Source of the DNA: an uncultured Myxococcales bacterium
GTDB lineage: Bacteria; Myxococcota_A; UBA9042; PWKZ01; CAYRCM01
DNA: 64,000 nt
Direction of reading: 5' to 3'
Assembly (NCBI GenBank): GCA_964422715.1
Contig: CAYRCM010000003.1
Coordinates: 15,377-79,376, forward strand
Below, one piece after another: positions 12,346 through 26,910 of the stretch. The stretch's first letter is position 1; every line of letters starts with the position of its first letter. The position numbers and the translations under genes are program-made. The notes under the pieces are model-generated. The model saw only the letters and a program-made list of their open reading frames with translations. It was not told the DNA's origin and searched no databases.

Positions 12346-14325
12346 CTACCAGACGTACAGGAACAGCAGGGCCATGCCCACGAGCACGGCGACGGCGTAG
12401 GCCTGGACGTTTCCGTTCTGGAACAGCCGCACGGCGGCTCCGAGGGTGCGCGTCGCATAGGCGGCGCCGTTGACGGCCAGGATGTCGATGAAAATCCGGT
12501 CGACGACGCGGTAGCTCAGGCGCGCCACGAAACGGACGGGGCGCACGACCAGCCAACCGTAGAGTTCGTCGATGCGGTACTTGTCGTAGACGAGGCGATA
12601 GAGCCAACCGAGCCGTTTGGCAAGCTGCGCCGGCACGGCCTGGAATCGGCCGCGGTAGAGCGCCCAGGCGGCCCCGATGCCGATGGCCGCGGCGAGCACC
12701 GAGGCGCCCATCAGCAGCAGCTCGAGCGTGTGGTCGTGCGAGCCGGCGTACTGGATGAGCGCGGGTCCGAGCGCGGGTTCGAGCCAGTGTTCGAGCAAGT
12801 TGAAGCCCGGGATGGGCAGGCCCAGATAGCCGCTGAAGACGGCTCCAACCGCCAGCACGAGCAGCGGCACCGTCATGGTCCAGGGCGACTCGTGGGCGTG
12901 CGCGTAGGCGTGTTCGGACGCCCGCGTCTCTCCGCTGAACGTCAGGAAATACAGGCGGAACATGTAGAACGCGGTGCAGACGGCGGCGAGCAGCCCCATT
13001 CCAAAGAAGACCTTGTTCAGCAGCGCGATCGTGGGGCTGGCGGCGAGGTGCACCTGCGAGAACGCCTTCCAGAGGATCTCATCCTTGCTGAAGAACCCGG
13101 ACAGCAGCGGCACCCCAGCGATGGCCAGGCAGGAGACCAGGAACGTGAGCCGCGTGATGGGCAGTTTGCGCGCGAGGCCGCCCATCTTGCGGATGTCCTG
13201 CTCGCCGCCGAGCGCATGGATGACGCTGCCCGCCCCGAGGAAGAGGCAGGCCTTGAAGAACGCGTGCGTCATGAGGTGGAAGATGGCCGCGCCGAAGGCC
13301 CCGACCCCCACCCCCAGGAACATGAAGCCGAGTTGGCTCACCGTCGAGTAGGCCAAGACCTTTTTGATGTCGGTCTGCGCAAACCCGATGGTCGCGGCAA
13401 ACAGCGCGGTGGCTGCGCCGACCCCCGCCACGACGCAGAGCGCCACCGGCGACAGCACGAAGAGGAACGAGAGCCGCGCGATCATGTAGACGCCGGCCGT
13501 GACCATGGTGGCGGCGTGGATGAGTGCCGAGACCGGGGTCGGACCCGCCATGGCGTCGGGCAGCCAGATGTAGAGCGGAATCTGTGCCGACTTGCCCGTG
13601 GCGCCGAGGAACAGCAGCAGGCAGACGCCCGTGATCGTGGCCGGGTCGGACCAGAGCGGTGATGCGCCGTCGGCCACCGAGTAGCGCAGCGCACCGAAGT
13701 CGAGGGCGCCGTGGCCCGTCCAGTCGACGTAGTAGAGCAGAATGAACACCGCGATGAGGAAGCCGAAATCGCCGATGCGGTTGACGATGAACGCCTTTTT
13801 TCCGGCCTTGGCCTTGGCGTCGTCTTCGAACCAGAAGCCGATCAGCAAGTAGGAGCAGAGCCCGACCCCCTCCCAACCGATGAACATGACGAGCAGGTTC
13901 TTGCCGAGCACCAGGAGCAGCATCGCGAACAGGAAGAGGTTGAGAAAGGCGAAGTAGCGCGCGTACGAGCGGTCGCCGTGCATGTAGCCGACGGAATAGA
14001 GATGGATGAACGAGCCGATACCCGTGACGACGAGCGTCATGACCGCCGAGAGGGGGTCGAGGTACAGCGCCCACTCGATGGAGAAGGAGCCCCCCGGGAT
14101 CCAGGAGGCGCCGTACGTCCAGGCCAGGTGCGGCTCGGGCCCGGCCTGGGCCGCCAACGCAATCGTTGCCAACACCGCGAACACAAAAGACAACGCCGCG
14201 GACAGGCAGCCCACGACGGAAACGGCGCGCGGGCCGAGCCGGCGCCCGAGGGCCCCGTTGACGAGGGCTCCGGCGAGCGGCATGCCCACGATGACGGGCA
14301 GGAGTGCGTGCGCTTCGTATTGCAT
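12346..14325 (-). CDS. nuoL: NADH-quinone oxidoreductase subunit L
   Basis: 659 aa with the conserved N-terminal region (…LYSVGYMHGD…FAFLNLFLFAMLLLVLG…VMFIGWEGVGLCSYLLIGFWF) and a long C-terminal amphipathic-helix region. Confidence 0.95.
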   Translation of the reverse strand: MQYEAHALLPVIVGMPLAGALVNGALGRRLGPRAVSVVGCLSAALSFVFAVLATIALAAQAGPEPHLAWTYGASWIPGGSFSIEWALYLDPLSAVMTLVVTGIGSFIHLYSVGYMHGDRSYARYFAFLNLFLFAMLLLVLGKNLLVMFIGWEGVGLCSYLLIGFWFEDDAKAKAGKKAFIVNRIGDFGFLIAVFILLYYVDWTGHGALDFGALRYSVADGASPLWSDPATITGVCLLLFLGATGKSAQIPLYIWLPDAMAGPTPVSALIHAATMVTAGVYMIARLSFLFVLSPVALCVVAGVGAATALFAATIGFAQTDIKKVLAYSTVSQLGFMFLGVGVGAFGAAIFHLMTHAFFKACLFLGAGSVIHALGGEQDIRKMGGLARKLPITRLTFLVSCLAIAGVPLLSGFFSKDEILWKAFSQVHLAASPTIALLNKVFFGMGLLAAVCTAFYMFRLYFLTFSGETRASEHAYAHAHESPWTMTVPLLVLAVGAVFSGYLGLPIPGFNLLEHWLEPALGPALIQYAGSHDHTLELLLMGASVLAAAIGIGAAWALYRGRFQAVPAQLAKRLGWLYRLVYDKYRIDELYGWLVVRPVRFVARLSYRVVDRIFIDILAVNGAAYATRTLGAAVRLFQNGNVQAYAVAVLVGMALLFLYVW

Positions 14326-14349
14326 CGTCAGCGAGCCTCCTCCGCGAGC

Positions 14350-14670
14350 CTAGCGCTTCAACTGCGTGGCTTCGTCGAGGTGCACGGTCTTCTTCAGCCG
14401 GAAGTAGGCGAGCAGGATCGCGAGCCCGACCACCGCTTCGGCCGCGGCCAGCGCCATGACCAGCAGCGCCACCGCATGGCCCTCGGCGCTGCATTCGACT
14501 TCGCAGCGGTAGCGACTGAACGCCACGATGGTGAGGTTCACGGCGTTGAGCATGATCTCGACGGACATGAACACGATCAGTGCGTTGCGGCGCACGACGA
14601 CCCCGGCCGCGCCGACAAAGAACAGGAGCGCAGCGAGGATGAGGTAGTTTGAAAGCGGAGCCGCGGGCAT
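14350..14670 (-). CDS. nuoK: NADH-quinone oxidoreductase subunit K
   Basis: 106-aa, 3-TM protein (…LIVFMSVEIMLNAVNLTIVAFS…). Confidence 0.93.
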   Translation of the reverse strand: MPAAPLSNYLILAALLFFVGAAGVVVRRNALIVFMSVEIMLNAVNLTIVAFSRYRCEVECSAEGHAVALLVMALAAAEAVVGLAILLAYFRLKKTVHLDEATQLKR

Positions 14671-14715
14671 GAGCGCACCCTCCGGCGGCCGCGCCTGGTG
14701 CGCGGCCTTCCTGGC

Positions 14716-15231
14716 CTAGAGCCGTTTCTTGGCCAGCACGACCGCGCCGACGACGGCCACGAGCAGCAGGATGGAGACGAGTTCAAACGGGGCGAGCAGG
14801 CTCGTGTAGAGGTGCTCGCCGACGTCGCGGATGCCTCCGAAGCCCTCATAGACCGGGCGCGCCTGCTCCCCTATGCGCTCGCCGCCGAGCGCCAGGACCC
14901 GGACGATCTTGACGAGCACGAAGCCGCCGGCCAGTACGCCGACGGCCTTGGTCACGGTGACGCGCGCGGCCCCCAATTCGTGCCGCCGCAAGTTGAGCAG
15001 CATGATCACGAAGAGGAAGAGCACCATGATGGCGCCCGCATAGACGAGCACCTGCAGGACCGCCAGCACGTGCGCCGACAGCAGCACGTACAGCGCCGCG
15101 AGACACAGAAAGTGGGCGATGAGCGCGATGGCGGCGTGAACCGGATGGCGTCCAAACGGGGGGACGATGACCGCCAACGCAGACAGCAGGGCCCCGATTC
15201 CGAGTACCCAGAACAGGATCGACTCAGCCAT
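14716..15231 (-). CDS. nuoJ: NADH-quinone oxidoreductase subunit J
   Basis: 171-aa membrane subunit directly upstream of nuoK. Typical NuoJ hydrophobic N-terminus. Confidence 0.88.
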   Translation of the reverse strand: MAESILFWVLGIGALLSALAVIVPPFGRHPVHAAIALIAHFLCLAALYVLLSAHVLAVLQVLVYAGAIMVLFLFVIMLLNLRRHELGAARVTVTKAVGVLAGGFVLVKIVRVLALGGERIGEQARPVYEGFGGIRDVGEHLYTSLLAPFELVSILLLVAVVGAVVLAKKRL

Positions 15232-15240
15232 CGCCGTGCC

Positions 15241-16530
<1,290 letters not shown>

Positions 16531-16542
16531 GCTGGCCTCACT

Positions 16543-17061
16543 CTACGCGGATGGGGCGTCATGCTCGACACGCGCCGCACCCGCCTCGCGGCGAAGCGCC
16601 TCGATGATGCGGTCGACTTTCTCGACGGTCAGGTCTTCGTGGTAGTCGTCGTTGATCTGCATGGCCGGCGCCGTACCACACGCGGCCAGGCACTGGACTT
16701 CATCGAGTGTGAAGATCTTGTCGGGGGTCGTTTCGCCGACGCGGATGCCGAGGCGCCGCTGGAGGTGTTCCAGGACGTCGTCGCTGCCGCGCAACCAGCA
16801 GGCGAGGTTCGTGCAGACCTGGATGTGGTAGCGGCCCACGGGCTTCTTGTGCAGCATCGTATAGAAGGTGGCCGTGCTGAGGACCAGCGTCGCCGGGACG
16901 TCGAGGTGCCGGGCCACGAGATCCATGACTTCAGGGTTCAGGTAGCCGAACTCGCGCTGCGCCAGTTGCAGCGCCGGAATCACGGCCGCCTGGGCGCTGG
17001 GGTACCGGCTGCGCAGCGTTTCGAGCGTTTTCGCACTTTCCGGCGAGAAGGACAGTGCCAT
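16543..17061 (-). CDS. nuoE: NADH-quinone oxidoreductase subunit E (24 kDa, 2Fe-2S)
   Basis: 172 aa with the thioredoxin-like 2Fe-2S motifs (CTNLACWLRG… CLAACGTAP). Located 12 nt upstream of nuoF. Confidence 0.95.
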   Translation of the reverse strand: MALSFSPESAKTLETLRSRYPSAQAAVIPALQLAQREFGYLNPEVMDLVARHLDVPATLVLSTATFYTMLHKKPVGRYHIQVCTNLACWLRGSDDVLEHLQRRLGIRVGETTPDKIFTLDEVQCLAACGTAPAMQINDDYHEDLTVEKVDRIIEALRREAGAARVEHDAPSA

Positions 17062-17301
17062 GTTGCCCCCGTCCGATGGGCCCCCGAGAAGACCACCCGC
17101 GCGGGGGGCCGGTTGACGCGAATACGAGGCGAACCTCCCGAAATTGAATTGCTTTGAAGACCTCGAACTGGGCGCTCAAAACCGCTGCGACGATAGAAAA
17201 GACGCCATCGACTGTCAAGGAAAAACCCGCCGTTGACAGGGGAGCGGTCGCACCCGCACAGTAAGGCGCCGGGGCGCTTGGCGCCCGCGGGGAGCGACAC
17301 C

Positions 17302-18405
17302 ATGTCAGACGCCATCGAACTCAACCCCTCCGACCTGGCCCTTGTGCAGGGCGCTGTGGCTGCGCTGCCCTTCGCCGTCGGGGCGCGCATCGCGAGCGTT
17401 GCGCGCCTGCCGCAGCACGCGTCGAGCCGGGCCTACTTTCGCGTCACGCTCGACCGCGCCGAAGCGTCGCTCGTCGTGATGAAAATGGGCGCCGATCCGC
17501 TGCGTTCCGACGAGGTGACCGACGGCGAGCGGCCGACCCGGCCCCCGTTCGTCGAGGTGGCCCAGTTCCTGCTCGCCGCCGGGGTGCCGGTTGTGCGCAT
17601 CCTGGCCGATCTCTCGGCCGAGCGCCTCCTGCTGTTGGAGGATCTTGGCGACTGCACGCTTTTCGAGCGGTTGCAGCAGAGCGAGCGCGCGACCTGGGCC
17701 GCATGGTATCGCCGCGCCCTCGACGTCCTGGTCGGCCTGCACGCCGCCGGTCACGGCGCACCGAGTGCGGCCTGCATCGCGCTTCGGCGCCGCTTCGGCT
17801 ATCCGCTGCTGCGCTGGGAACTTCAACACTTTCGGGAGTACGCCCTCGAAGCGCGGGGAGTCATCCCCAACGCCGAGCAGGCCGCCTTCCTGGAACGCGC
17901 CTTCGACGCGCTGGCCACAGCGCTCGGTGCCTTGCCGCTCGGGCTGGCGCACCGCGACTACCAGAGTCGCAACCTCATGGCCACGGCGGAAGGGCTGCGG
18001 GTCATCGATTTCCAGGACGCGCTGCTCGCCCCGTTGCCCTACGATGTCGTGGCCTTGCTCCGCGATTCCTATGTGGCCCTCGACCCTGCCACCGTCGAGG
18101 GCCTCGTGCTGCACTACCTCGCGCTGCGCCGCCGTGCCGGGCTGCCGACACCCGACGACGAAACCTATCTTGCAGCGTTCCACCTGCAGAGCGTGCAGCG
18201 CAAACTGAAGGACGCCGGCCGCTTCGTCTTCATCGACCGCGTCAAGGGGAATGCCGCCTTCCTGCAGAACATTCCTCAGTCCATCCGATACGTTCGCGGC
18301 TCCGTCGAGTGGCTGGCGAGCCACGGCGCCTATCGCCAGGTGACCGCATGGCCGGCCTTCGCCGAGCTGCTCAGCCAGCTCGTGCCTGAGTGGGCTGCCG
18401 CGTGA
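17302..18405 (+). CDS. APH-family sugar kinase, AmgK-like (anomeric MurNAc/GlcNAc kinase candidate)
   Basis: Brenner motif LAHRDYQSRNLM and DFQD. Sits in the conserved pairing with a downstream NTP-transferase. Start chosen at the ATG at 17302 after GGGGAG; the ORF track starts at 17233. Confidence 0.6.
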   Translation: MSDAIELNPSDLALVQGAVAALPFAVGARIASVARLPQHASSRAYFRVTLDRAEASLVVMKMGADPLRSDEVTDGERPTRPPFVEVAQFLLAAGVPVVRILADLSAERLLLLEDLGDCTLFERLQQSERATWAAWYRRALDVLVGLHAAGHGAPSAACIALRRRFGYPLLRWELQHFREYALEARGVIPNAEQAAFLERAFDALATALGALPLGLAHRDYQSRNLMATAEGLRVIDFQDALLAPLPYDVVALLRDSYVALDPATVEGLVLHYLALRRRAGLPTPDDETYLAAFHLQSVQRKLKDAGRFVFIDRVKGNAAFLQNIPQSIRYVRGSVEWLASHGAYRQVTAWPAFAELLSQLVPEWAAA

Positions 18406-19430
18406 CTGCGCCCCCGGTCGCCGTGCTGCTCGCGGCCGGCTTCGGCCAGCGTCTGCGCCCGCTCACCGATCTCCGTCCGAAGGCCCTCGTGCCGTTTTTC
18501 GGCATTCCGCTCATCCAGTTCGGGCTCGCGGCCCTCATCCGCAGCGGCGTGCGCGACATCGCCGTCAACGCGCATCACCTCGCCGCGACCCTGACGGACT
18601 ACCTCGCCGCGCACGCCCCGGCCGGCGCCACGTTGACGCTCTCCCGCGAGGCCGAGATCCTCGGCACGGGCGGGGCGCTGGTGCGACTGCAATCGCTCAT
18701 CGGCACGCGGCCCTGTCTGGTCGTCAACGCCGACGTGTTCCACTCGGTCGATCTCGGCGCGCTCCTGCGGGCCCACGCCGCAGGCATGGCCGACGCCACC
18801 GTTGCGGTGACCCGCGATGCGGCGCACCCCGAACTCGAACTCGTGCATTTCACGCCCGCCGGGCGAGTCGTTCACGTGGGTCCGACGCCGCCCGGCGGCT
18901 TGCCGGCCGCCCCGGAGCGGGGCGTATTCTCGGGGGTGCACCTCGTGGGTCCGGCGCTGCGGCGGCACCTTCCGGCGGCGGGCTTCTCCTGTGTCGTCAG
19001 GGCCGGCTATGTGCCGCTGCTGGCCGCCGGCGGCCGCGTGGAGGCGTTCGACGCCCGGGCCGCCCATTGGTTCGACCTCGGCACACCGGCGAGCTACCTC
19101 GAAGCCCACTTGCGCGCCTTTGCGGCTTTGCCCGAACTCGCAGCGGTGGGGGCGCCGTGGCGTCTTCCGGCTGCGGCGGCGCCGGGTGTCTGGCGGCATC
19201 CGACGGCCATCGTCGGCTCCGGGGCTCGCCTCGTGCCGCCTGTTCTGCTATGTGAAAGGGCTCAGATCGGCCGCGGCGCGCAGGTGGGTCCGGCGGTCGT
19301 CCTGGGCGCCGGAGCGCGTATTGAAAACCGTGTTCGGGTTGCGGAGGCCGTGCTTTGGGAAAACGCGGTCCTCGACCGTGACCTGCGTCGGGGAATCGTT
19401 GCGGCCCACTTGGTTGTTTCGGTCCGGTAG
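18390..19430 (+). CDS. Sugar-1-phosphate nucleotidyltransferase with C-terminal left-handed beta-helix, MurU/GlmU-like
   Basis: N-terminal LLAAGFGQRLRPLT (the G-x-G-x-R nucleotidyltransferase signature) plus a C-terminal hexapeptide-repeat region. A possible GTG start at 18402 overlaps the upstream stop as GTGA. Confidence 0.65.
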   Translation: MGCRVTAPPVAVLLAAGFGQRLRPLTDLRPKALVPFFGIPLIQFGLAALIRSGVRDIAVNAHHLAATLTDYLAAHAPAGATLTLSREAEILGTGGALVRLQSLIGTRPCLVVNADVFHSVDLGALLRAHAAGMADATVAVTRDAAHPELELVHFTPAGRVVHVGPTPPGGLPAAPERGVFSGVHLVGPALRRHLPAAGFSCVVRAGYVPLLAAGGRVEAFDARAAHWFDLGTPASYLEAHLRAFAALPELAAVGAPWRLPAAAAPGVWRHPTAIVGSGARLVPPVLLCERAQIGRGAQVGPAVVLGAGARIENRVRVAEAVLWENAVLDRDLRRGIVAAHLVVSVR

Positions 19431-19493
19431 CGGGCAAGCGGGCCCGCCTTCTTCCTCCTGCGGCGTCGGTCCGCGGAGCACTGCGAGGCGTTC

Positions 19494-20642
19494 ATGAACC
19501 GATCCGCGTCGGCGATGCGCCGGTGGCTCGCGATAGGGGCTTGGCTTCCGCTTCTTGGGGGCCTCGGCGCGTTTGGTTCATCCGCAGTGGCCGGCCCCGT
19601 GGTTGCCCCTGAGCGGCCCCGCTGCGTGCCCGCAGCCGAACCGCCGCCCAAGGGAAAGGCCGACGCCGCCGAGCGGCGCGAGCGTCGCCGCGGGTCCACG
19701 CAGCGGCCGGCCGCGCGGTCCCGTTTCTACAAGACCGAGCACACGGTTGCCCGGGGCGAAACCTTGGCCCGCATCGCGTCGAAGTACCGTGTCAGCGTCT
19801 CCGACATTCTCACCTGGAACAACCTCGAATCCTCCGAACTGCTGCGCGTCGGGCAGAAACTGCGCATCTACACGGCGTCCCGCAGCGCCATCGCGCGCCG
19901 CGTGCCCTATGTGGTCGAAAAGGGCGATCGTTTCGTCACCATCGCCAAGAAATTCGGCATGACCACCGGGCGGCTCAAGTCCCTCAACCCGCGGCTGCGA
20001 GACGTTCGGCTCATCCGTCCGGGCATGACGCTCCAGGTCGAGATCTACGGTCCCGAGGAGCCCAGCGAGGCTGCTGGCCGGCCGCAGGCGGGTCGGCTCG
20101 CGCAGGGCGAGCAACTTCCCAAGGGCCCCGGCTACTTCATCCGCCGGCCCGAAAACGCCTGGGGCACGAACGAGACCATCACTGCCCTCGTCGGCGTCTT
20201 CCACGAAATGCACCGCAAGCACCCCGGCTACGTGGCCGCCATCGGCGACATCAGCCGCGAGGGGGGCGGGCGTCTGCCGCCCCATCACTCCCACCAGAAT
20301 GGCCGCGATGTCGACATTTCGTACTACATCGAAGGCGTGAAGAAGGCCTCGCGCTTCCCCACGGCCGCGCCGTCCACCCTCGACGCCAAGCGCACGTGGG
20401 CCCTCATCGACCTCTTTCTCAAGAACTCGCAGGTTGAGATGATCCTGATCGACTACTCGCTCCAGAAGCCGCTCTACGCCGAGGCCAAACGCGTCGGCCT
20501 TTCCGACAAGCGGCTTGCCGAGGTGTTCCAGTACCCGGCCGGCCGGCACGTGTCGCAGGGCATCATTCGCCATTCGGCCGGACACAAGAACCACTTGCAC
20601 ATCCGATTCTCATGCCCCAGGTCTGACGCCAGCTGCAACTAG
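19494..20642 (+). CDS. Secreted LysM-domain protein fused to a penicillin-insensitive murein endopeptidase (MepA-like, M74)
   Basis: Signal peptide. Two LysM-like modules (…HTVARGETLARIASKYRVSVSDILTWNNL…; …YVVEKGDRFVTIAKKFGMTTGRLKSLNP…). MepA-like His/Asp metal motifs (HHSHQNGRDVD…HKNHLHIRF). Confidence 0.75.
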   Translation: MNRSASAMRRWLAIGAWLPLLGGLGAFGSSAVAGPVVAPERPRCVPAAEPPPKGKADAAERRERRRGSTQRPAARSRFYKTEHTVARGETLARIASKYRVSVSDILTWNNLESSELLRVGQKLRIYTASRSAIARRVPYVVEKGDRFVTIAKKFGMTTGRLKSLNPRLRDVRLIRPGMTLQVEIYGPEEPSEAAGRPQAGRLAQGEQLPKGPGYFIRRPENAWGTNETITALVGVFHEMHRKHPGYVAAIGDISREGGGRLPPHHSHQNGRDVDISYYIEGVKKASRFPTAAPSTLDAKRTWALIDLFLKNSQVEMILIDYSLQKPLYAEAKRVGLSDKRLAEVFQYPAGRHVSQGIIRHSAGHKNHLHIRFSCPRSDASCN

Positions 20643-20775
20643 CGCCGCGCAAGGTGTGCCACGGGCTGTCGCCGCCCGAGGCAACGTTCACGACCGGCCG
20701 ACCGCCGCTCGGCGCGCACGCCGGCCCGCGGCGTAGCCCGCCGTGGTCCGCATCCGTGCCGCTCGGGACGGTCGA

Positions 20776-21540
20776 CTACGCCACGACTTCGATGAGGATG
20801 GCGGTCACGTTGTCTTTGCCGCCGTTTTCGCAGGCAGCGCGGATGAGGGCATCGCAGCAGGTCTTCAGGTCGCCCCGTTCGCGGGTGACGATCTCGAGGA
20901 TCTGCGGGTCGGGTACTTCCCCGGACAGACCGTCGGAGCACAACAAGTAGATGTCGCTCTGCTCAGGCTTCTCGCGGTGTGTGTCGACCTGCACCGTCTC
21001 TTTCATGCCCAAGGCTCGCACGATGATGTTCTTGTGCGGGAAGTTCTTCTCTTCCTCCGGCGTCATGGCCGTCATCTTCTTGTAGTCGTTCAGCAGCGAA
21101 TGATCCTCGGTGAGTTGATCGAGGGCCCCGTTGCGCACGCGGTAGGCCCGGCTGTCGCCCACGTGGCCCACCACGAGTTCGTCGTCGAGAAACTGCAACG
21201 TCACGATCGTGGTGCCCATGCCCTTGAAGCGGAGGTCGGACATGGCCTGCTCGAAAATGCGCAGGTTGGCGAGTTTGACGCCCGCCACCAGACGATTCTC
21301 TTCGTAGCCGAGCGCCTTGTCGCCCTTGAAGGGCCAGGTCAATTCCTTGTCGCGGGCCGTGTCCTCGAAGAACTCGCCGATGGTGTCGACCGCGATGCGG
21401 CTCGCCACCTCGCCGGACGAATGCCCGCCCATGCCGTCGGCCACGACGAACAGTTTCTCCTTGGGAACCAACTTGAGGCTGTCTTCGTTGTGGGTGCGCT
21501 TCATGCCCACGTGCGTGGTGCCGGCGTACAGAAGATTCAT
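20776..21540 (-). CDS. PP2C-family Ser/Thr protein phosphatase
   Basis: 254 aa with motifs GMKRTHNEDS, VADGMGGH and the C-terminal DNVT of PPM phosphatases. Confidence 0.9.
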   Translation of the reverse strand: MNLLYAGTTHVGMKRTHNEDSLKLVPKEKLFVVADGMGGHSSGEVASRIAVDTIGEFFEDTARDKELTWPFKGDKALGYEENRLVAGVKLANLRIFEQAMSDLRFKGMGTTIVTLQFLDDELVVGHVGDSRAYRVRNGALDQLTEDHSLLNDYKKMTAMTPEEEKNFPHKNIIVRALGMKETVQVDTHREKPEQSDIYLLCSDGLSGEVPDPQILEIVTRERGDLKTCCDALIRAACENGGKDNVTAILIEVVA

Positions 21541-21916
21541 CCCGCTCCATCCTTGTCAAGCGAGCGTTCGGGCGTCCTTATAGCCCCCAGCCGGCCCGCT
21601 CGTCAACGCACCCAAGCGCAGCCGGGTGGCCACGGAAGGGGCAACGACTCGATGCCACCCGGCGCACGGGCGGCCCGACGGGGATCCGCGGCCTCCGCGG
21701 CTCAGCGCTGAGCAATCATCATGCCAAGGCCCCGCTCGCCGGAACCTCCCTCCGCCGCCCGAAGGGACCGCGCCGAGGACTTGCCCAAGAACCGCGCTCC
21801 GCACTACCCTGCATCCGCGTCGGATCCCCGGCGGTCTCGGCGCGTCCGCTCGCGCGCCCTCGGTTTCCCCGCACGGGTTGCACTTCGGCGCGGGGGCTCG
21901 GGGCTTGGGGGCAATC

Positions 21917-24790
<2,874 letters not shown>

Positions 24791-24826
24791 GATGCCGCAA
24801 TTCCGCCCGGTTGGGAGGGCACCCCC

Positions 24827-26806
24827 ATGACCACGCGCCTCGGCCCATACACCCTCATCGAGCGCCTCGCCACCGGCGGTATGGCCGAGATCTTTCGCGC
24901 CAACCGAGAGGGCGAGGCCGGCTTCCAGAAGCCCTGCGTCGTCAAGCGCATCCTGCCGCACTTCGCCCAGGATCCGCAGTTCATCCACATGTTTCTCGAC
25001 GAGGCCCGGCTGGCGGCCCAACTCAACCACCCCAATATCGTTCAGATTTTCGAACTTGGCGGACACGACGGCACCTATTTCGTGGCCATGGAGTACGTCC
25101 AGGGCTGGCCGCTGTCGCGGGCTCTCAAAGTGCTCGCCGACAACGACCTCCGGATGCCCTTGCCCATCGGGGCCTGGATCGTCGCCAAGATGTGCGCCGG
25201 CCTCGAATACGCCCACGGCCTGCGCGACGCCAGCGGCGAGCCGCTCGGCCTCGTCCACCGCGACATCAGCCCCGACAACGTGCTCGTCACGGGGGCCGGC
25301 GAGGTCAAGATCATCGACTTCGGCATCGCCAAGGCCCGCGGCCGCGAGACCAAGACGGTCGCCGGCACCGTCAAAGGCAAGTTTCGCTACATGTCGCCCG
25401 AGCAGGTCACCGGGCGCCCCGTCGACCGGCGCTCCGACCTGTTTTCGCTCGGCATCGTGCTCTACGAGGTCACCACGCTCGGCCGGCCGTTCCTCGGCGA
25501 CAGCGACGTCATGACGGCCACGGCCATCGTGCGCGATGACCCCACCGTCCCGAGCGTCTACCTCGAAGGCTACCCGGTCAAACTCGAACGCATCATCCTC
25601 TCGGCGCTTTCCAAAGACCTCGATGCGCGCTATCAGAGCGCCGCCCTCATGCAGACCGACCTCGAAGACTACCTGCGTTCGACGGGTTCCTATCCGACCG
25701 AACGCGAAGTCGGCGAGTACATGGCGCGGCTCATGTCGGGCGAAGCACCCGACCTCGCCTACTTGCGGGCGGTGCCCCTGGGCCTCGAACACCCCGCTCC
25801 GGCCCCGGCAGCACCGGCCGCGGCCGTTGTCGAGACCGCTACGCGGCCGCAGGCCCGTGCCGCACAGGCCGTTGTGCCGCCGCCGGCCGCCGCCGCGCCC
25901 GCCAACGCGGGGTCCGCCGACGTCGCGCCAAGTCCTCGGGCGGCACAACGCGGGACGCGCAAAGTCCTGTTTGCCGCCCTCGCCCTCGTGCTCGCGGGAG
26001 CGGTGGCGTTCGGGCTCTACATGCTCCTGCGCCCCGACGCTCCCTCGACGGGTACCGCCGTGCTGCCGGCGCTGTCCCTGTCGTCCGACGCCGGCTCGTC
26101 GGCCGCCGATCCGTCGCGCTCCCTGCCGCGGCCCGACGCCGTTGGCACGCGCCAAACCCCGCCGCCAGCCGACGCCGCCGCGCCCTCCGCGGCGCCTGGC
26201 GAAGTCCGTCCGGCATCGCCGGTGCCGCCTCAGCCGGCATCCGATGCGGTCGGGGCTTCCGGCCAGCCGTCCCCGTTTCTCCGTCTGCGCTGGGGCCGCG
26301 ACGCCACGGGCGCCGCGCCGACGCCAGCCGATGCGGGCGCTGCGGCCGTGGCCCCGTCACCCGACGCGACGGCTCCCGCTCCGCCTCCAGCCCAGGCCTG
26401 GCTCGTGATCCCTCAACTGCGCCCAGCCACGACGGTTTCGCTCGACGGTCAGCCCCAGGGTGCGCCGCCGTTGCGCCTCAAGGTGGCCCCGGGGCCTCAC
26501 GACGTCGCTTTTGCGCAGGGTGGCAGGACGGTCGTCGAGCATGTCGAGGTCGCCGCCGGCAGCGAGGCCACGGTCACCCCGCATTTCCCGGCGGCCGCCA
26601 CCGACAACATCGGCTACCTCGTCGTGGCCGCCCCACGGTCGTTGCCCCTCACCATCTCGTCGGTCCGCCGACCGCGGGTCAATCATCCGCTGCCCCTCAA
26701 ACCCGGGGTCTACAGCATCCGCTACCTCAGTCCATCAACCAAGCGTTGGAATAGCCTGACCGCCAAGGTCCGCTCAGGGCGTACGACCACGGTGCGAGCG
26801 TTCTGA
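24827..26806 (+). CDS. Hanks-type Ser/Thr protein kinase with Ala/Pro-rich linker and C-terminal beta-rich domain
   Basis: GxGxxG-like loop (LATGGMAEIF), VVK, catalytic HRDISPDNVL, DFG and SPE motifs. Roughly 300 aa of low-complexity and C-terminal region. Confidence 0.9.
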   Translation: MTTRLGPYTLIERLATGGMAEIFRANREGEAGFQKPCVVKRILPHFAQDPQFIHMFLDEARLAAQLNHPNIVQIFELGGHDGTYFVAMEYVQGWPLSRALKVLADNDLRMPLPIGAWIVAKMCAGLEYAHGLRDASGEPLGLVHRDISPDNVLVTGAGEVKIIDFGIAKARGRETKTVAGTVKGKFRYMSPEQVTGRPVDRRSDLFSLGIVLYEVTTLGRPFLGDSDVMTATAIVRDDPTVPSVYLEGYPVKLERIILSALSKDLDARYQSAALMQTDLEDYLRSTGSYPTEREVGEYMARLMSGEAPDLAYLRAVPLGLEHPAPAPAAPAAAVVETATRPQARAAQAVVPPPAAAAPANAGSADVAPSPRAAQRGTRKVLFAALALVLAGAVAFGLYMLLRPDAPSTGTAVLPALSLSSDAGSSAADPSRSLPRPDAVGTRQTPPPADAAAPSAAPGEVRPASPVPPQPASDAVGASGQPSPFLRLRWGRDATGAAPTPADAGAAAVAPSPDATAPAPPPAQAWLVIPQLRPATTVSLDGQPQGAPPLRLKVAPGPHDVAFAQGGRTVVEHVEVAAGSEATVTPHFPAAATDNIGYLVVAAPRSLPLTISSVRRPRVNHPLPLKPGVYSIRYLSPSTKRWNSLTAKVRSGRTTTVRAF

Positions 26807-26910
26807 GCGGCGAGTCGCTGCCCGCCGAGGCCCCGGCCACGTCCGGCTGGCAGCCGGGGCCCGATTGTGCTAGAGCTCGGGCCACGTTCTTTCCGGGCGA
26901 GGAGGATGCC

